64,000 nt of DNA from Heterodontus francisci (lineage: Eukaryota), in contig NC_090378.1 of the NCBI RefSeq assembly GCF_036365525.1, positions 123,179,593 to 123,243,592 of the forward strand, in the 5' to 3' direction. Shown piece by piece: positions 63,114 to 64,000 of this stretch. The position numbers and the translations under genes are program-made. Below the pieces are notes generated by a model. The model had not been told where the DNA came from and did not search any database. It was given only the letters and a program-made list of their open reading frames with translations. Positions within the stretch are counted from its first letter, which is position 1. Each line of letters opens with the position of its first letter.

Positions 63114-63675
63114 AAACCTCAATCCTCCGTTACTAATCCTTTAAATACTGAAACATTCTAAAACACAAATGCTGAATAGTGGAAGGTGTTAGTAAGGAGC
63201 TGCAGTCAATGAAATGGTTCATTGAAGAGCACTGTGTATAACAGGGTGCCCAGCTGTATTTCTTTAGTTACATTCCCCCTTTAACCAACAAGATATAAGT
63301 AACCAACTTTTACCGAGTGTGTAGAGGAGATCTGGACGTTTGCAGACTGTGGTCACATTCCTGCTCCATGGAGTGAAATCCCTCACTAGATTCCTGCCAG
63401 TCTCAGTGTGAGCTCTGGGTCTCTGTCACAGTCTCTGATATAACTGATCTCAGCACCAGCACAGTGAGACACCGAGGTCCCACCTCCCCCAGCTTTAACT
63501 CTGTTCTGTCCACTCCCTGCTTATCTCTTGTCAAAGTTCTGATGACAAACAGTGACAGCAGGGCTCCCAATCCAGTGGCTTCAGTGTTCCAGGGTTTTGG
63601 GGAGACTCTCAGTTGCTTTCTCTTTGGGTGAAGTTCAGGCCAAAATTTATCTCTGAACCGACATTGCTAAAAATG

Positions 63676-63849
63676 CTCATTTACCTCATTGCTGTTTGTG
63701 GGATCTTGCTGTGCACAAATTGTCTGCCACATTTCCTACATTCCAACAGTGACTGCTCTTTAAACAAGTCCTTCATTGTCTGTAAATGACTTTGGGAGGT
63801 CCTGAGGTGTGAAATACTCGATATAAATACAAGTCTTTCTTTTCTTTTT
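63676..63849 (+). mobile_element. Old 3' fragment of a DeuSINE (AmnSINE1/SacSINE1-like)
   Basis: CATTGCTGTTTGTGGGATCTTGCTGTGCACAAATTG...TTTCCTACATT...TTTGGGAGGTCCTGAGG...TATAAATACAAGTCTTTCTTT resembles, from memory, the 3' half and tail of this SINE group. Confidence 0.7.
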
Positions 63850-64000
63850 ATTAACCGGGAGCTCCCACAATACCCTGTTGATTAAAGCTGAACCCAGCAG
63901 AAAATCCACAGAAAACTGACTAATGTTTGTCTGATTTGTCTGTGTGTTTATTAGACATGACTGAGCAGATAGCAAGAGTTTCAGCAGCAACAAAGGTGTT

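Noticed and set aside
63371-63387. NF-kB-like GTGAAATCCC in the J-C intron as a kappa intronic enhancer
   Set aside because: A single imperfect match to GGGRNNYYCC with no supporting motif cluster I can verify.
63760-63993. 77-aa minus-strand ORF
   Set aside because: Overlaps a SINE remnant in presumed intron and has no recognisable domain.

Overview
Eukaryotic genomic DNA, very probably from a cartilaginous fish (shark), judging by the repeat families and the Ig J segment. About 92% of the window (1-~58946, open on the left) is a head-to-tail 61-bp satellite (consensus CCCACAGTTATATATAATATATAATAATGGACACACAGTCCCACCTCCTGTACTGACACAT; roughly 950 monomers) with kb-scale higher-order duplications. 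The array is interrupted once by a young, 5'-truncated RTE-clade LINE (7230-8700, minus strand, 8-bp TSD) whose RT frame is still open and is fused in frame to a satellite ATG. Right of the array is a decayed CR1 LINE containing a tRNA-derived SINE, which itself contains a V-SINE; then a 72-bp GA/CA minisatellite with a 148-N gap. The ORF track misses an unrearranged immunoglobulin light-chain J segment (LTFGKGTKLRL, 63073-63107) with a 23-bp-spacer RSS and a GTAAGT donor; I found no V segment upstream in the window. Each satellite monomer carries two CACAGT heptamer-like motifs facing this J, one followed at exactly 23 bp by a weak nonamer-like word; this is the most intriguing observation but is unproven. 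The hundreds of minus-strand satellite ORFs are artefacts.
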